Shown: positions 8,237-20,016, counted from the first letter of the stretch. The stretch is DNA of 23,539 bases from Paramoeba atlantica (GCA_977017575.1 CDRNVI010000221.1:1-23539), one strand, 5' to 3'. A program made the numbers and translations. The notes: generated by a model not told the origin, from the sequence alone.

Positions 8237-9506
8237 TTGTACCGAGCAAAACACGTTAACCTTGCTAGCACCTAATCGTTTTGTCTCTGACTGGGTGAGT
8301 GAGAAATACATAACAAAAATTACTGCACTGTTAAGCGATATTGTTGGCAATGATCCGCCTAAAATAATCTTACAAATTGGCTCCTCATCGGTACGTGAAA
8401 TTGAAGCCAACGCTATGGTGAGTGCACTAGCAATCGATGGAGTAAGTGACGCAACCGTATTAGATCCGCCAGCTGTTGCTGCGTTTGATAGCAGTTTAAA
8501 CCCAGGTTTTACCTTTGATAACTTTGTTGAAGGAAAGTCAAATCAATTGGCGCGCGCAGCGTCACAACAAGTCGCGGAAAACCCTGGGGAGGCCTATAAC
8601 CCGTTATTTATTTACGGAGGCGTGGGGTTAGGTAAAACGCATTTAATGCATGCGGTCGGTAATTTAATCCAGCAGCGCAAACAAGGTGCGCAAGTGTTGT
8701 ATCTCAACTCAGAACGGTTTGTTGCAGACATGGTAAAGGCATTGCAAACTAATCGCATGAATGAGTTTAAACGGCTATATCGCACTGTGGATGCTTTATT
8801 AATCGATGATATTCAATTTTTCGCGGGTAAAGATCGTTCTCAAGAAGAATTTTTTCACACCTTTAACCACCTATTAGAAGGCCAACGCCAAGTTATTTTA
8901 ACCTGTGATCGCTATCCCAAAGAAATTAATGGGCTAGAAGAGCGATTAAAATCGCGTTTTGGTTGGGGGTTAACGGTTGCTGTTGAGCCGCCGGAATTGG
9001 AAATGCGAGTGGCGATTTTGATGAGCAAAGCTGAACAGTTACAACTCAGTTTACCCTATGAGGTTGCGTTTTTTATCGCAAAACGGATTCGTTCAAATGT
9101 TAGAGAATTAGAAGGCGCATTGCGGCGTGTGATGGCGAGTGCGCATTTTACCGGCAAACCGATTACCTTAGACTTTGTCCGAGAAGCATTAAAAGATTTA
9201 TTATCGTTGCAAGCTAAGTTGGTTACAATAGACAATATTCAAAAAACGGTTGCTGAATATTACAAAGTTAAAACAGCGGATTTATTATCAAGTAGGCGCA
9301 GTCGCTCGATTGCCCGTCCGCGGCAAATGGCAATGGCATTAGCAAAAGAATTGACCAACCACAGCTTGCCTGAAATCGGCGATACGTTTGGCGGACGCGA
9401 TCATACAACGGTATTGCATGCGTGTCGCAAGATTAAAGAATTGATCAACGCTAATTCAGATTTGGCGGAAGACTATACCAATTTGTTACGGATTTTATCA
9501 ACGTGA
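8229..9506 (+). CDS. dnaA: Chromosomal replication initiator DnaA, 5'-truncated (about 25-30 N-terminal residues missing, no start codon)
   Basis: [46 protein letters not shown]. The frame opens at GTC 8229 after an in-frame TAA. Confidence 0.96.
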   Translation, partial: VDHCTEQNTLTLLAPNRFVSDWVSEKYITKITALLSDIVGNDPPKIILQIGSSSVREIEANAMVSALAIDGVSDATVLDPPAVAAFDSSLNPGFTFDNFVEGKSNQLARAASQQVAENPGEAYNPLFIYGGVGLGKTHLMHAVGNLIQQRKQGAQVLYLNSERFVADMVKALQTNRMNEFKRLYRTVDALLIDDIQFFAGKDRSQEEFFHTFNHLLEGQRQVILTCDRYPKEINGLEERLKSRFGWGLTVAVEPPELEMRVAILMSKAEQLQLSLPYEVAFFIAKRIRSNVRELEGALRRVMASAHFTGKPITLDFVREALKDLLSLQAKLVTIDNIQKTVAEYYKVKTADLLSSRRSRSIARPRQMAMALAKELTNHSLPEIGDTFGGRDHTTVLHACRKIKELINANSDLAEDYTNLLRILST

Positions 9507-9527
9507 TAGACAGTTAGGTAGGGAACT

Positions 9528-10646
9528 ATGAAATTCAGTATAAATCGTGAAACCATGCTAAAACCGCTGCAATTAGCAGCGAACGTCGCCGAAAAGCGAC
9601 AAACGTTACCGATCTTATCTAATGTCTTGTTGGTGTTAAAAACACAAACGTTGCAAATGACGGCAACTGACTCAGAGGTCGAGGTGGTAAGCCAGCTCGG
9701 TTTAGATGAGCCAGCCGAGTTAGGCGAAATCAGCGTCCCTGCGCGCAAAATGTTAGATATATGTAAGAATTTACCGTCATCTGCCGTGATTTGCTGTGAA
9801 CTTGCTAAAGAACGTATGGTGGTTAAGTCAGGTAAAACCCGGTTCACGTTATCTACCTTGCCCGCATCTGATTTTCCTCACTTTAGTGATGGCCCGGGTA
9901 AGTGTGAATTCCAAGTAGATAGCCGTGCATTGAAGCAAATGATTGAGAATACCCAGTTTGCTATGGCACAACAAGATGTGCGTTATTACCTAAATGGGAT
10001 GTTGTTAGAGGTGACTGCAGAAAATAGCCTGCGCGCAGTAGCAACTGATGGACATCGGTTAGCCATGAGTTCGGTAGCGTTATCCCAGCCAGTTGCTCCG
10101 ATCCAAGCCATTATTCCGCGCAAAGGGATTTTAGAATTGTCACGTTTATTAAGTGATGGAGACGAAACCTGCATGGTGACGATTGGGGATAACTTTGTAC
10201 GAGTTGGTTGTGGTGAAGTTACCTTTACTTCGAAGCTAGTTGATGGCCGTTTCCCCGACGTTCAAAGCAAATTGCCTAAAGCGGGCGATTCGGTGGTTGC
10301 CGCATCGCGAGATTTACTAAAGCAAACATTGCAGCGGGCAGCGATTTTAACCAATGAAAAATACCATGGAGTCCGCCTGCAACTGGCAGAAAACACACTG
10401 ACAGTGTTGGCGAATAATCCAGAACAAGAAGAAGCTGAGGAAGAGTTAGCGGTGTCTTACAGCGGTAATTCATTGGAGGTTGGCTTTAATGTTACCTACT
10501 TGTTGGATGCGCTTAGCGCATTACCCGAAGGTGATGTTGAAATAGCCCTTGTTGAGGGAAATAACAGCGCCTTAATTCGCAGTTTGCAGACCGATGATCC
10601 GATCGCAGCAAACAGTTTGTATGTGGTGATGCCGATGCGAGTATGA
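9528..10646 (+). CDS. dnaN: DNA polymerase III beta clamp
   Basis: TLPILSNV, QQDVRYYLNG, ATDGHRL, GFNVTYLLD, VVMPMRV. Confidence 0.97.
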   Translation: MKFSINRETMLKPLQLAANVAEKRQTLPILSNVLLVLKTQTLQMTATDSEVEVVSQLGLDEPAELGEISVPARKMLDICKNLPSSAVICCELAKERMVVKSGKTRFTLSTLPASDFPHFSDGPGKCEFQVDSRALKQMIENTQFAMAQQDVRYYLNGMLLEVTAENSLRAVATDGHRLAMSSVALSQPVAPIQAIIPRKGILELSRLLSDGDETCMVTIGDNFVRVGCGEVTFTSKLVDGRFPDVQSKLPKAGDSVVAASRDLLKQTLQRAAILTNEKYHGVRLQLAENTLTVLANNPEQEEAEEELAVSYSGNSLEVGFNVTYLLDALSALPEGDVEIALVEGNNSALIRSLQTDDPIAANSLYVVMPMRV

Positions 10647-11755
10647 GCATTGAGTCCCTCGAAATAGCTCATTTTCGTTGCTTTTCGACGCATAAACTGC
10701 ACTTATCTCCAGGTTTTAATCTGTTTGTTGGCCAAAATGGTAGCGGCAAAACATCGCTGCTGGAAGCAGTTTATTATCTTGGGCGTGCCAAATCCTTTAA
10801 AACCCATTTACCACGACGTTTGATCCAACGTGATCAGGCAGCATTTTCATTGTTTGCTCGGGTAACTGAGCAGCAAGATGATGCTGGCTCCATGCCGATT
10901 GGGGTACGGTATTCGACAAACGGTGAGTCTTGTCTGCGAATCAATGGGGAAACGGCGTCTTCGCGAGCTGAATTAGCCTCGTTATTGCCAATACAATTAA
11001 TTAATACCGAAAGTTATCGCTTGATCGATTCTGGGCCGACGCCGCGCCGCGAATTCTTAGATTGGGGTGTGTTTCACGTGAAACATGACTTTTTACCCCT
11101 GTGGCGACGATTACGCCACCACTTAAAACAGCGTAATGCAGCGATTAAGCTCAATGATCGTCGCCATATGCTGGCTTGGGACACTGGTTTGGTCGACATT
11201 GCGAACGCATTGGATGCGTTGCGCCAAATGTATTTTACCCAATGGTTGTTGGTATTAACCCCATTATTAGATCAACTATTACCTGATATGCCCATTGACT
11301 GGCAATATTATCGAGGTTGGTCAGCTGAGCGGTCATTAGCAGACGCATTGGCGATGAATGTTGAGCGTGATCTGAGACTGGGTTATACCACTGTCGGTCC
11401 GCAACGTTGCGATATCGTGTGTCGAATTCACGGTGTGCCTGTGGACGATGTGTTATCCCGTGGACAGCAAAAATTACTGGTGATTGCGATGCGCTTAGCG
11501 CAAGGGATCATGTTGTATCAACAATTGGGGCGCCAAGTGATTTATTTGGTGGATGATGTGGCTGCAGAGTTGGATCCTCGACATCGAGCCTGGGTATTGG
11601 AAGTATTGCAATCATTGCATGCCCAAGTGTTGTTAACAGCGATTGAGCGAGATGATTTAACCTTGTCTGTGCCGGTAACCGAAACACAATTGTCTATTTC
11701 CAATGTTTCACGTGAAACCTCAGTAAGCTCAAGTGAGCCACTGAGCAGTGATTAA
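10643..11755 (+). CDS. recF: DNA replication/repair protein RecF
   Basis: GQNGSGKTSLLEA, RREFLDWGVFHV, GPQRCD, LSRGQQKL, LVDDVAAELD. Confidence 0.97.
   Translation: MSIESLEIAHFRCFSTHKLHLSPGFNLFVGQNGSGKTSLLEAVYYLGRAKSFKTHLPRRLIQRDQAAFSLFARVTEQQDDAGSMPIGVRYSTNGESCLRINGETASSRAELASLLPIQLINTESYRLIDSGPTPRREFLDWGVFHVKHDFLPLWRRLRHHLKQRNAAIKLNDRRHMLAWDTGLVDIANALDALRQMYFTQWLLVLTPLLDQLLPDMPIDWQYYRGWSAERSLADALAMNVERDLRLGYTTVGPQRCDIVCRIHGVPVDDVLSRGQQKLLVIAMRLAQGIMLYQQLGRQVIYLVDDVAAELDPRHRAWVLEVLQSLHAQVLLTAIERDDLTLSVPVTETQLSISNVSRETSVSSSEPLSSD
11070..11085. promoter_or_regulatory. parS centromere site (perfect palindrome) inside recF
   Basis: TGTTTCACGTGAAACA, 16/16 to the ParB-binding consensus. Confidence 0.9.
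11704..11719. promoter_or_regulatory. Second parS site near the recF 3' end
   Basis: TGTTTCACGTGAAACC, 15/16. Confidence 0.8.
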
Positions 11756-11777
11756 GCATGATTCTCTGTTTTTTTTT

Positions 11778-11818
11778 GCCCGTGGCGGGCATTGTTAGCA
11801 CAATAAAGGGCTAACAAT
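11778..11818. terminator. Tandem hairpins downstream of recF; possible terminator or processing site
   Basis: GCCCG-TGG-CGGGC, then ATTGTTAGC-N10-GCTAACAAT. The T-run is on the wrong side for a classical intrinsic terminator. Confidence 0.35.
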
Positions 11819-11900
11819 TAACGCCATGTTCGATGTTATCTAAAAAAACCAAATAAATTTATCTTCAAAACCAACTTAATAGAACCTCTGTGCGTTGAGG

Positions 11901-11938
11901 CGTTATCCCAGAAGCCGTGGAACGGCTGTCTGGGATCT
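11901..11938 (+). repeat. REP-like palindrome resembling CGTC-tagged repeats
   Basis: CGTT-ATCCCAGA-AGCCGT-GGA-ACGGCT-G-TCTGGGAT-CT: 14-bp stem with a single bulge. Confidence 0.6.
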
Positions 11939-12025
11939 GAATAATCAAATAGTTATGCTATTACATCGAAAGCCGAACATCACGTTAATTAACTGCATAG
12001 TGACTAAGAGGAGACTGTTAAGTGC

Positions 12026-12433
12026 TTATTCTGTTGTTGTGATGGTAAACGCGTCGTAACGAATGGGATTGGTCACTATCAAATAACAGGTACGGTCTTG
12101 GCCGGGTGAGCCACCCATAGGCCAAGCAATTGGCCAGACAATGTAATTATCGGGTAATCCGCCATCCAATAGTAAATTGGTTGCGGTTAAGCAGGACATG
12201 CTGGTTGGTATGGCAACACCTTTGTTCAAGTTTAACTTGGTTGTTTTGTTAATTGAATTAGCTGATTCTAATGATCCTAAAACAGACTGAAAACTATTTT
12301 TTTTGGCCTCATCACTGATATCAATGAAGTTGACGAACACGACAATGGATAGAATAGATAGCAACACAATGACCATAATAAGTTCAATTAAGGTAAAGCC
12401 GCGGTTGCTGGGTAAAGTAGGTAATCTAGACAT
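12026..12433 (-). CDS. Prepilin (type IV, MshA-like); ATG 12433 preferred over TTG 12445
   Basis: Class III signal RG|FTLIELIMVIVLLSILS with E5; FIDISDEAK; two Cys flanking LLLDGGLPDNY. Confidence 0.88.
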   Translation of the reverse strand: MSRLPTLPSNRGFTLIELIMVIVLLSILSIVVFVNFIDISDEAKKNSFQSVLGSLESANSINKTTKLNLNKGVAIPTSMSCLTATNLLLDGGLPDNYIVWPIAWPMGGSPGQDRTCYLIVTNPIRYDAFTITTTE

Positions 12434-12611
12434 ATTTTTATCCAATTATACACTGATTAAAGGTTAAGTATAGAAGGCAAATTCAATTCGTGTGGTGATG
12501 CCAATAGCCTTATTATCTTTTTTGATTGGCAAGATAAATTAAGTGCAGACAAGCCTGTTAAAAAACCAACACATATCCCTAGATTTTTTAGTATGGTAGG
12601 GTTGTTATTTC

Positions 12612-12620
12612 TGTTACAAT
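12612..12620 (+). promoter_or_regulatory. Possible extended -10 promoter for gyrB
   Basis: TGTTACAAT (TGn + TACAAT) 35 nt before the gyrB ATG; no good -35. Confidence 0.35.
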
Positions 12621-12634
12621 ATTGCGTTTTTTAA

Positions 12635-15106
<2,472 letters not shown>

Positions 15107-15123
15107 TCGCCTATTTTATGGCG

Positions 15124-15927
15124 TTATTTTACCCGCCTACACACGATAAACGATATATCATCATCTTTTAAAAAAGCTGCTTGTTTAACAGGATTAACCA
15201 TTTGTTGACAACATTGTGTTAAGCGTTGGCTGACTTTTGCGACTGTGCCAGCACGCACGGTATTAATGAGATCCTCATCTAACACATTATCAAATAAACC
15301 ATCTGAAGCCAGTAGCAACGTATCGTAACGTGTTAATGTATTTAATGGCCCAATTTCAATCATCATGCTGCTATCGCCGACGACATTATCTACAAAATGG
15401 TTGTGAGGATGTTGTTGACCTTCGGCACGACTCAACAAGCCGGCTTGCACAGCATAACCTACAGGCGATTGCGTAATGGTGCGGTATTTCTGTTTGCCAC
15501 GTAGCCCACAATGCAATAAACCAGAATCACCAATTTGCAAGGTACAATACTGTTGTTTATGTAGGATGCAAACAGTTAATGTGGTTTTTTTATTGCCATC
15601 TGTTGCTAATTGGTGATTGGTTTTTTCAATGGTAGCGATTACATGATTGCGTAGTGTGCTCATATCATTTGTTTCGGTAGGTAGGCGCGTTAATTGTTTA
15701 TCTAAGGCATTTACGATAGCGCGTGCGGCTAAATGTCCGAGCGTGGAACCTACCCCATCAGCAACGGCTAATACTAACGTGTGTGGATTAACTGAGTTGA
15801 CCAATAGTGCATCTTGATTGGGTGGAAGTTTGTCGCATGCGCATTGGGTATAAACTCCCACAGTGAAAGTGTCTGTATCGATAATTTGAGAGGCAGTTAA
15901 GTTGTCGTCACAATAGATTGCAGTCAA
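15124..15927 (-). CDS. PP2C/PPM-family Ser/Thr protein phosphatase
   Basis: NQDA, AVADGVG, TTLT, IGDS, LLASDGLFD, DDISFIV; TTG start with GAGGA RBS. Confidence 0.9.
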   Translation of the reverse strand: MTAIYCDDNLTASQIIDTDTFTVGVYTQCACDKLPPNQDALLVNSVNPHTLVLAVADGVGSTLGHLAARAIVNALDKQLTRLPTETNDMSTLRNHVIATIEKTNHQLATDGNKKTTLTVCILHKQQYCTLQIGDSGLLHCGLRGKQKYRTITQSPVGYAVQAGLLSRAEGQQHPHNHFVDNVVGDSSMMIEIGPLNTLTRYDTLLLASDGLFDNVLDEDLINTVRAGTVAKVSQRLTQCCQQMVNPVKQAAFLKDDDISFIVCRRVK

Positions 15928-15948
15928 TCGATTAATCCTCTTTGCACA

Positions 15949-16692
15949 TCATTCACGATATGCGCTTGTCCATTCAATATTTTCCAAGTAATTACGTAAT
16001 GCCGTGGCAGATTTAAATTTTTTCTGGATCAAGGTGCGTTTTAATCCGCAACAAATGGCTTTGACTTCCGGTGGCAATACCATATACCAACGCTGTCCGC
16101 CGATTGCGCTGTAAAAGACATTAATTGCTTCACAGACATCGTCTTTGGTGTAGCTACGCTTATCACCCACCCAACGGTACATATCTAATAATTTTAACTC
16201 AAATCCTAGACCATAGCGTTTAACGATAATGTTTTCTGCGTGCAAGTCACCGTGATGTATCTTTAAGTTGTGCATTGATTCAAGCCCAGTGGCTAACGCA
16301 TGTAATAATTGCAGGCCACGAAAGACACCAAGCCGTTTTCCCGGTTGACGTTTTAAAAAGTCGGTAAGCAACATGCCGTCAACGTATTCAGAAATCAAAC
16401 AACATACTTTATGACCATTGAACTCAATGAATTCATGGGTTTGATAATGAATAACAATGGGGCAACTTGCGAGTTTGTGTAGTAACTTAGCGTAACGTGT
16501 TGCGGTACGATTGCTAAGATTACGATGTGGAAAAAAGCATTTAAGGGCGCGTTCTATTTTGGTGTAATCTTCGACGACTTTATAGACTTCACTTTCAAAG
16601 CCTTCTCCCAATTTTTCGATCACCGTGTATTTGTCAGCGATCTTCTGTCCAGGTTTAAAGTTAAAAGCAGTAATGCGTTGTCGTTTTGTCAT
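15949..16692 (-). CDS. Short atypical Hanks-like Ser/Thr protein kinase
   Basis: LGEGFESEVYKV (Gly loop), ALK (beta3 Lys), LISEYVDG (hinge), HHGDLHAENI (catalytic loop), LLDMY (DFG equivalent). Confidence 0.88.
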   Translation of the reverse strand: MTKRQRITAFNFKPGQKIADKYTVIEKLGEGFESEVYKVVEDYTKIERALKCFFPHRNLSNRTATRYAKLLHKLASCPIVIHYQTHEFIEFNGHKVCCLISEYVDGMLLTDFLKRQPGKRLGVFRGLQLLHALATGLESMHNLKIHHGDLHAENIIVKRYGLGFELKLLDMYRWVGDKRSYTKDDVCEAINVFYSAIGGQRWYMVLPPEVKAICCGLKRTLIQKKFKSATALRNYLENIEWTSAYRE

Positions 16693-17019
16693 AGAAATAA
16701 CCTACCACTTTATAGGCTAGCTTTTCTCATGCCTATTAATTTTTGGCAGAGTATACACCAAATAAATTGTTGATGTATAACCAAAATAAAAGCAACAAAA
16801 TAAGTCCAGCAAAAGCCGACAGTTTATTAGGAAATAACATCTTGCAATTTACTGCAGAACCTTTTAATTTGTGCTGCCTGTATGCTTCACGTTTTAACGG
16901 TATGGTGTATTGGTTACACTTAATATCAAAACACTTTAAGTATAGTTTGCATGATAAACTTTCTAAAACAAAACATAAGACAAATGTTACTGTTAAATTA
17001 AACCAGGTCGAGGATAAGA

Positions 17020-19296
17020 ATGAATAATACGATTAACACCATTGTCAAACGTAATGGGGATGTTGTCCCATTTGACTTAACCCGTATTGTACAAGCAATT
17101 AAAAAAGCGATGCATGTTGCTAATGAAGGTTCGTCAACAGCAGCCAATCAAGTCGCCAATACCGTATTATTTAAGCTGGAAAAGTTAGCTGGTAGCCACG
17201 CGCACTTCATGCCAAATGTCGAAGGGGTACAAGATGATGTTGAAGATGCATTAATTAATGCGGGGTTTGCGCGTACTGCTAAAGCGTATATTTTATATCG
17301 TAAACAACACAGCGATTTGCGCCAACAACGACATACATTACCTGAACACGTTAAACAATTGGCGCGTGACAGTGCTCAGTATTTCCGTAATAAGTTAAAT
17401 GAATTTGTGTATTTGCGTACGTATGCACGTTGGATTGACACGGAAAATCGTCGTGAAACTTGGATTGAAACCGTTGATCGTTATATTAATTTTATGCGTG
17501 ATAATGTAGGTGAACAGTTAACAGATGACGAATATGCTGAGATACGCGAAGCCATTTTAAAGCAAGATGTGATGCCATCAATGCGCTTACTGCAATTTGC
17601 AGGTAAAGCTGCAGCAACAACTAATGTGTGTGCCTACAATTGTTCTTATATCGCACCAAAAACATTACGTGATTTTGCGGAAGTAATGTATGTATCAATG
17701 TGTGGTACCGGCGTGGGTTTTTCAGTGGAAACCCAAAACATTCAAACGTTGCCAATCGTAGGTTATCAAACCGGTGAAACACTACCAACGCACATTGTTG
17801 ATGACAGTAAAGAAGGTTGGTGTGATGCCTTATTATTAGGCTTAGAAACCTGGTATGGTGGTAAAGACATCGCGTTTGATTATTCTAAATTACGTCCTGC
17901 CGGTGCGCGCTTAAACACAATGGGAGGGAAGAGTTCTGGCCCTGAACCGTTGCGTACGTTATTGCAATTTGCTAGACAAAAGATTTTATCACGCCAAGGA
18001 CGTCGGATTGCTAACATCGATGCGCACGATATTTTGTGTAAAATTGGCGAAATCGTTGTTGCTGGTGGCGTACGCCGTAGCGCGATGATTTCTTTATCTG
18101 ATTTAGATGATGAAGCGATGCGCGATGCGAAAAAAGGTCCGTTTTATTATACCGATCCGCAACGTGCGTTAGCGAATAATTCAGCAGTATACGATAACAA
18201 ACCGAGTAACCAACAATTCTTAGATGAATGGATCGCATTAATGAAAAGCGGTTCGGGTGAACGTGGGATCTTTAATCGTTATGGTTTGCGAAAAACATTA
18301 CCTAAGCGGCGCGTTGATGTATTAGATAAGGCAGGCTATGTACAAAACGATCGTATTGTCGGTTGTATTGGTACTAATCCGTGTGGCGAAATTATTTTGC
18401 AATCTAAGCAATTTTGTAATTTATCTGAAGTGGTCGCGCGTGCTGAAGATGATTTGGCATCATTAAAGCGTAAATTACGTGTTGCCACGTTGATAGGGAC
18501 ATTCCAAGCAACGCTAACCCATTTCCCGTATTTATCCGAACAATGGCGTACTAATTGTGAAGCAGAACGCTTGCTTGGGGTATCGATTACTGGGCAATGG
18601 GATTGTGTGGCAGCGCGTGATGGTGATGTGTTAAATACATTGCGCGACATGGCAGTTGATGTTAATCAAACCTACGCTAAGCGTTTTGGTATCAATCCAT
18701 CAACGTGCATTACGTGTGTAAAACCATCCGGTACAGTGTCACAAACTGTGGATTGTGCCTCTGGTATGCACCCGCGACATGCACCGTATTACATTCGTCG
18801 TATTCGCATTTCCGCTACGGATGCCTTGTATAAAATGTTAAAAGACCAGGGGGTCCCAACTCATCCTGAAGTAGGACAAACCGCCGCTGAAGCCACCACA
18901 TTTGTACTGGAATTTCCGGTCAAATCACCTGAGGGTGCGATTTGTCGTGATGATTTAACCGCATTAGATCAATTAGAACATTGGAAGACAGTGAAATTAC
19001 ATTACACCGAACACAATCCATCGGTAACTGTGTCAGTCGGTGATGATGAATGGATCCCAGTTGCCAATTGGGTGTACGCCAATTGGGATATTGTTGGTGG
19101 ATTATCATTTTTGCCGCGTTTAAATCACGTTTATCAATTAGCGCCTTATGAAAGCATTGATAAACAAACCCATGAAAAATTGTTAGATACGATTAAAAAT
19201 ATCGATTTTTCCCAGCTATATAAGTATGAAATCACTGACGAAACTGAAGTAAAACGGGAATTGGCTTGCATGGGTGGGGCATGTGAAATTGTGTAA
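17020..19296 (+). CDS. nrdJ: Class II adenosylcobalamin-dependent ribonucleotide reductase (RTPR/monomeric-like) with N-terminal ATP-cone
   Basis: IVKRNG ATP-cone; YLRTYARW; AYNC; TNPCGEI (radical Cys); FCNLSE; TCVKPSGT; EHNPSVT; C-terminal CMGGAC; no nrdB adjacent. Confidence 0.9.
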   Translation: MNNTINTIVKRNGDVVPFDLTRIVQAIKKAMHVANEGSSTAANQVANTVLFKLEKLAGSHAHFMPNVEGVQDDVEDALINAGFARTAKAYILYRKQHSDLRQQRHTLPEHVKQLARDSAQYFRNKLNEFVYLRTYARWIDTENRRETWIETVDRYINFMRDNVGEQLTDDEYAEIREAILKQDVMPSMRLLQFAGKAAATTNVCAYNCSYIAPKTLRDFAEVMYVSMCGTGVGFSVETQNIQTLPIVGYQTGETLPTHIVDDSKEGWCDALLLGLETWYGGKDIAFDYSKLRPAGARLNTMGGKSSGPEPLRTLLQFARQKILSRQGRRIANIDAHDILCKIGEIVVAGGVRRSAMISLSDLDDEAMRDAKKGPFYYTDPQRALANNSAVYDNKPSNQQFLDEWIALMKSGSGERGIFNRYGLRKTLPKRRVDVLDKAGYVQNDRIVGCIGTNPCGEIILQSKQFCNLSEVVARAEDDLASLKRKLRVATLIGTFQATLTHFPYLSEQWRTNCEAERLLGVSITGQWDCVAARDGDVLNTLRDMAVDVNQTYAKRFGINPSTCITCVKPSGTVSQTVDCASGMHPRHAPYYIRRIRISATDALYKMLKDQGVPTHPEVGQTAAEATTFVLEFPVKSPEGAICRDDLTALDQLEHWKTVKLHYTEHNPSVTVSVGDDEWIPVANWVYANWDIVGGLSFLPRLNHVYQLAPYESIDKQTHEKLLDTIKNIDFSQLYKYEITDETEVKRELACMGGACEIV

Positions 19297-19328
19297 CTAT
19301 ACTCTTCGCGTTTTAACTGTATGCTTTG

Positions 19329-19454
19329 TTGGCTGCGCCCTTGGATCAAGCTTGTCCTGAACTCGATTCAGGATCTGGGCAAGCCTTTTTATAAAAGTCA
19401 TGTGTCACTATACACTCCTTTTATTCGATGGCTTGCCGCCTCGCCTACAGCCAA
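19329..19454. repeat. Compound palindromic element (RPE/MITE-like) with a nested REP-like hairpin
   Basis: Outer TTGGCTG/CAGCCAA; inner GGCAAGCC(19378)/GGCTTGCC(19430) and ATAAAAG/CTTTTAT; nested TCCTGAA-CTCGA-TTCAGGA-TCT (19355-19376). Lies between convergent nrdJ and folA. Confidence 0.65.
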
Positions 19455-19518
19455 AACGCTTTGAGTATAGCAAGCCAACAGAAAAGTTTAGCCTCAATAA
19501 AACTTAGCCCTTAGCTGA

Positions 19519-20016
19519 TCAAGAGCAAGTTTGGCGTTCATACACACAAAAACAATAATCAAAAGGATTGTTAGCATCGGCTTGATGAGGTTTTCGTTGG
19601 ACTTCATCCCACTCTTGTTGGTCCCATTCAGGAAAGTAAGTATCGCCATTAACAACGGTGTCGACATACGTAATGTATAACCGTGTTGCTAAAGGCAATG
19701 CTTCGTTATACACATGATTACCACCGATAATCATAATTTCTGTGTCATCACCGGCTTGTTGCAATGCCTCTGTTAGACTATGTGCCACGCTCACATCAGC
19801 AGCTGTCCATTGTTGATTACGGGTGATCACAATATTGTGTCTACCCGGTAGCGGTTTGCCGATTGATTCGAAGGTACCCCGCCCCATAATAATCGGTTTA
19901 CCTAGGGTGATCTGTTTGAAATGTTTTAAATCAGCAGATAAATGCCAGGGAATTTGATTATTGTTGCCGATCACACGGTTGTTAGCCATAGCGACGATCA
20001 GCGCGATGTTACCCAT
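19519..20016 (-). CDS. folA: Dihydrofolate reductase; real start ATG 20016
   Basis: LIVAMANNRVIG, IPWHLSADLKHFK, GKPIIMGRGT, PLPGRHNIV, IIGG, GDTYFP; GGAGAG RBS before MGNIAL. Confidence 0.96.
   Translation of the reverse strand: MGNIALIVAMANNRVIGNNNQIPWHLSADLKHFKQITLGKPIIMGRGTFESIGKPLPGRHNIVITRNQQWTAADVSVAHSLTEALQQAGDDTEIMIIGGNHVYNEALPLATRLYITYVDTVVNGDTYFPEWDQQEWDEVQRKPHQADANNPFDYCFCVYERQTCS

Noticed and set aside
15107-15123. Terminator between gyrB and the PP2C gene
   Set aside because: Only a 4-bp stem (CGCC/GGCG); too weak to call.
16693-17019. Cobalamin riboswitch or NrdR boxes upstream of nrdJ
   Set aside because: I found no B12-box core motifs, and the best NrdR-like 16-mer (ACACCAAATAAATTGT) misses key positions.
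16743-17027. 94-aa ORF upstream of nrdJ
   Set aside because: It spans the divergent kinase/nrdJ promoter region and has no motif or RBS; probably spurious.
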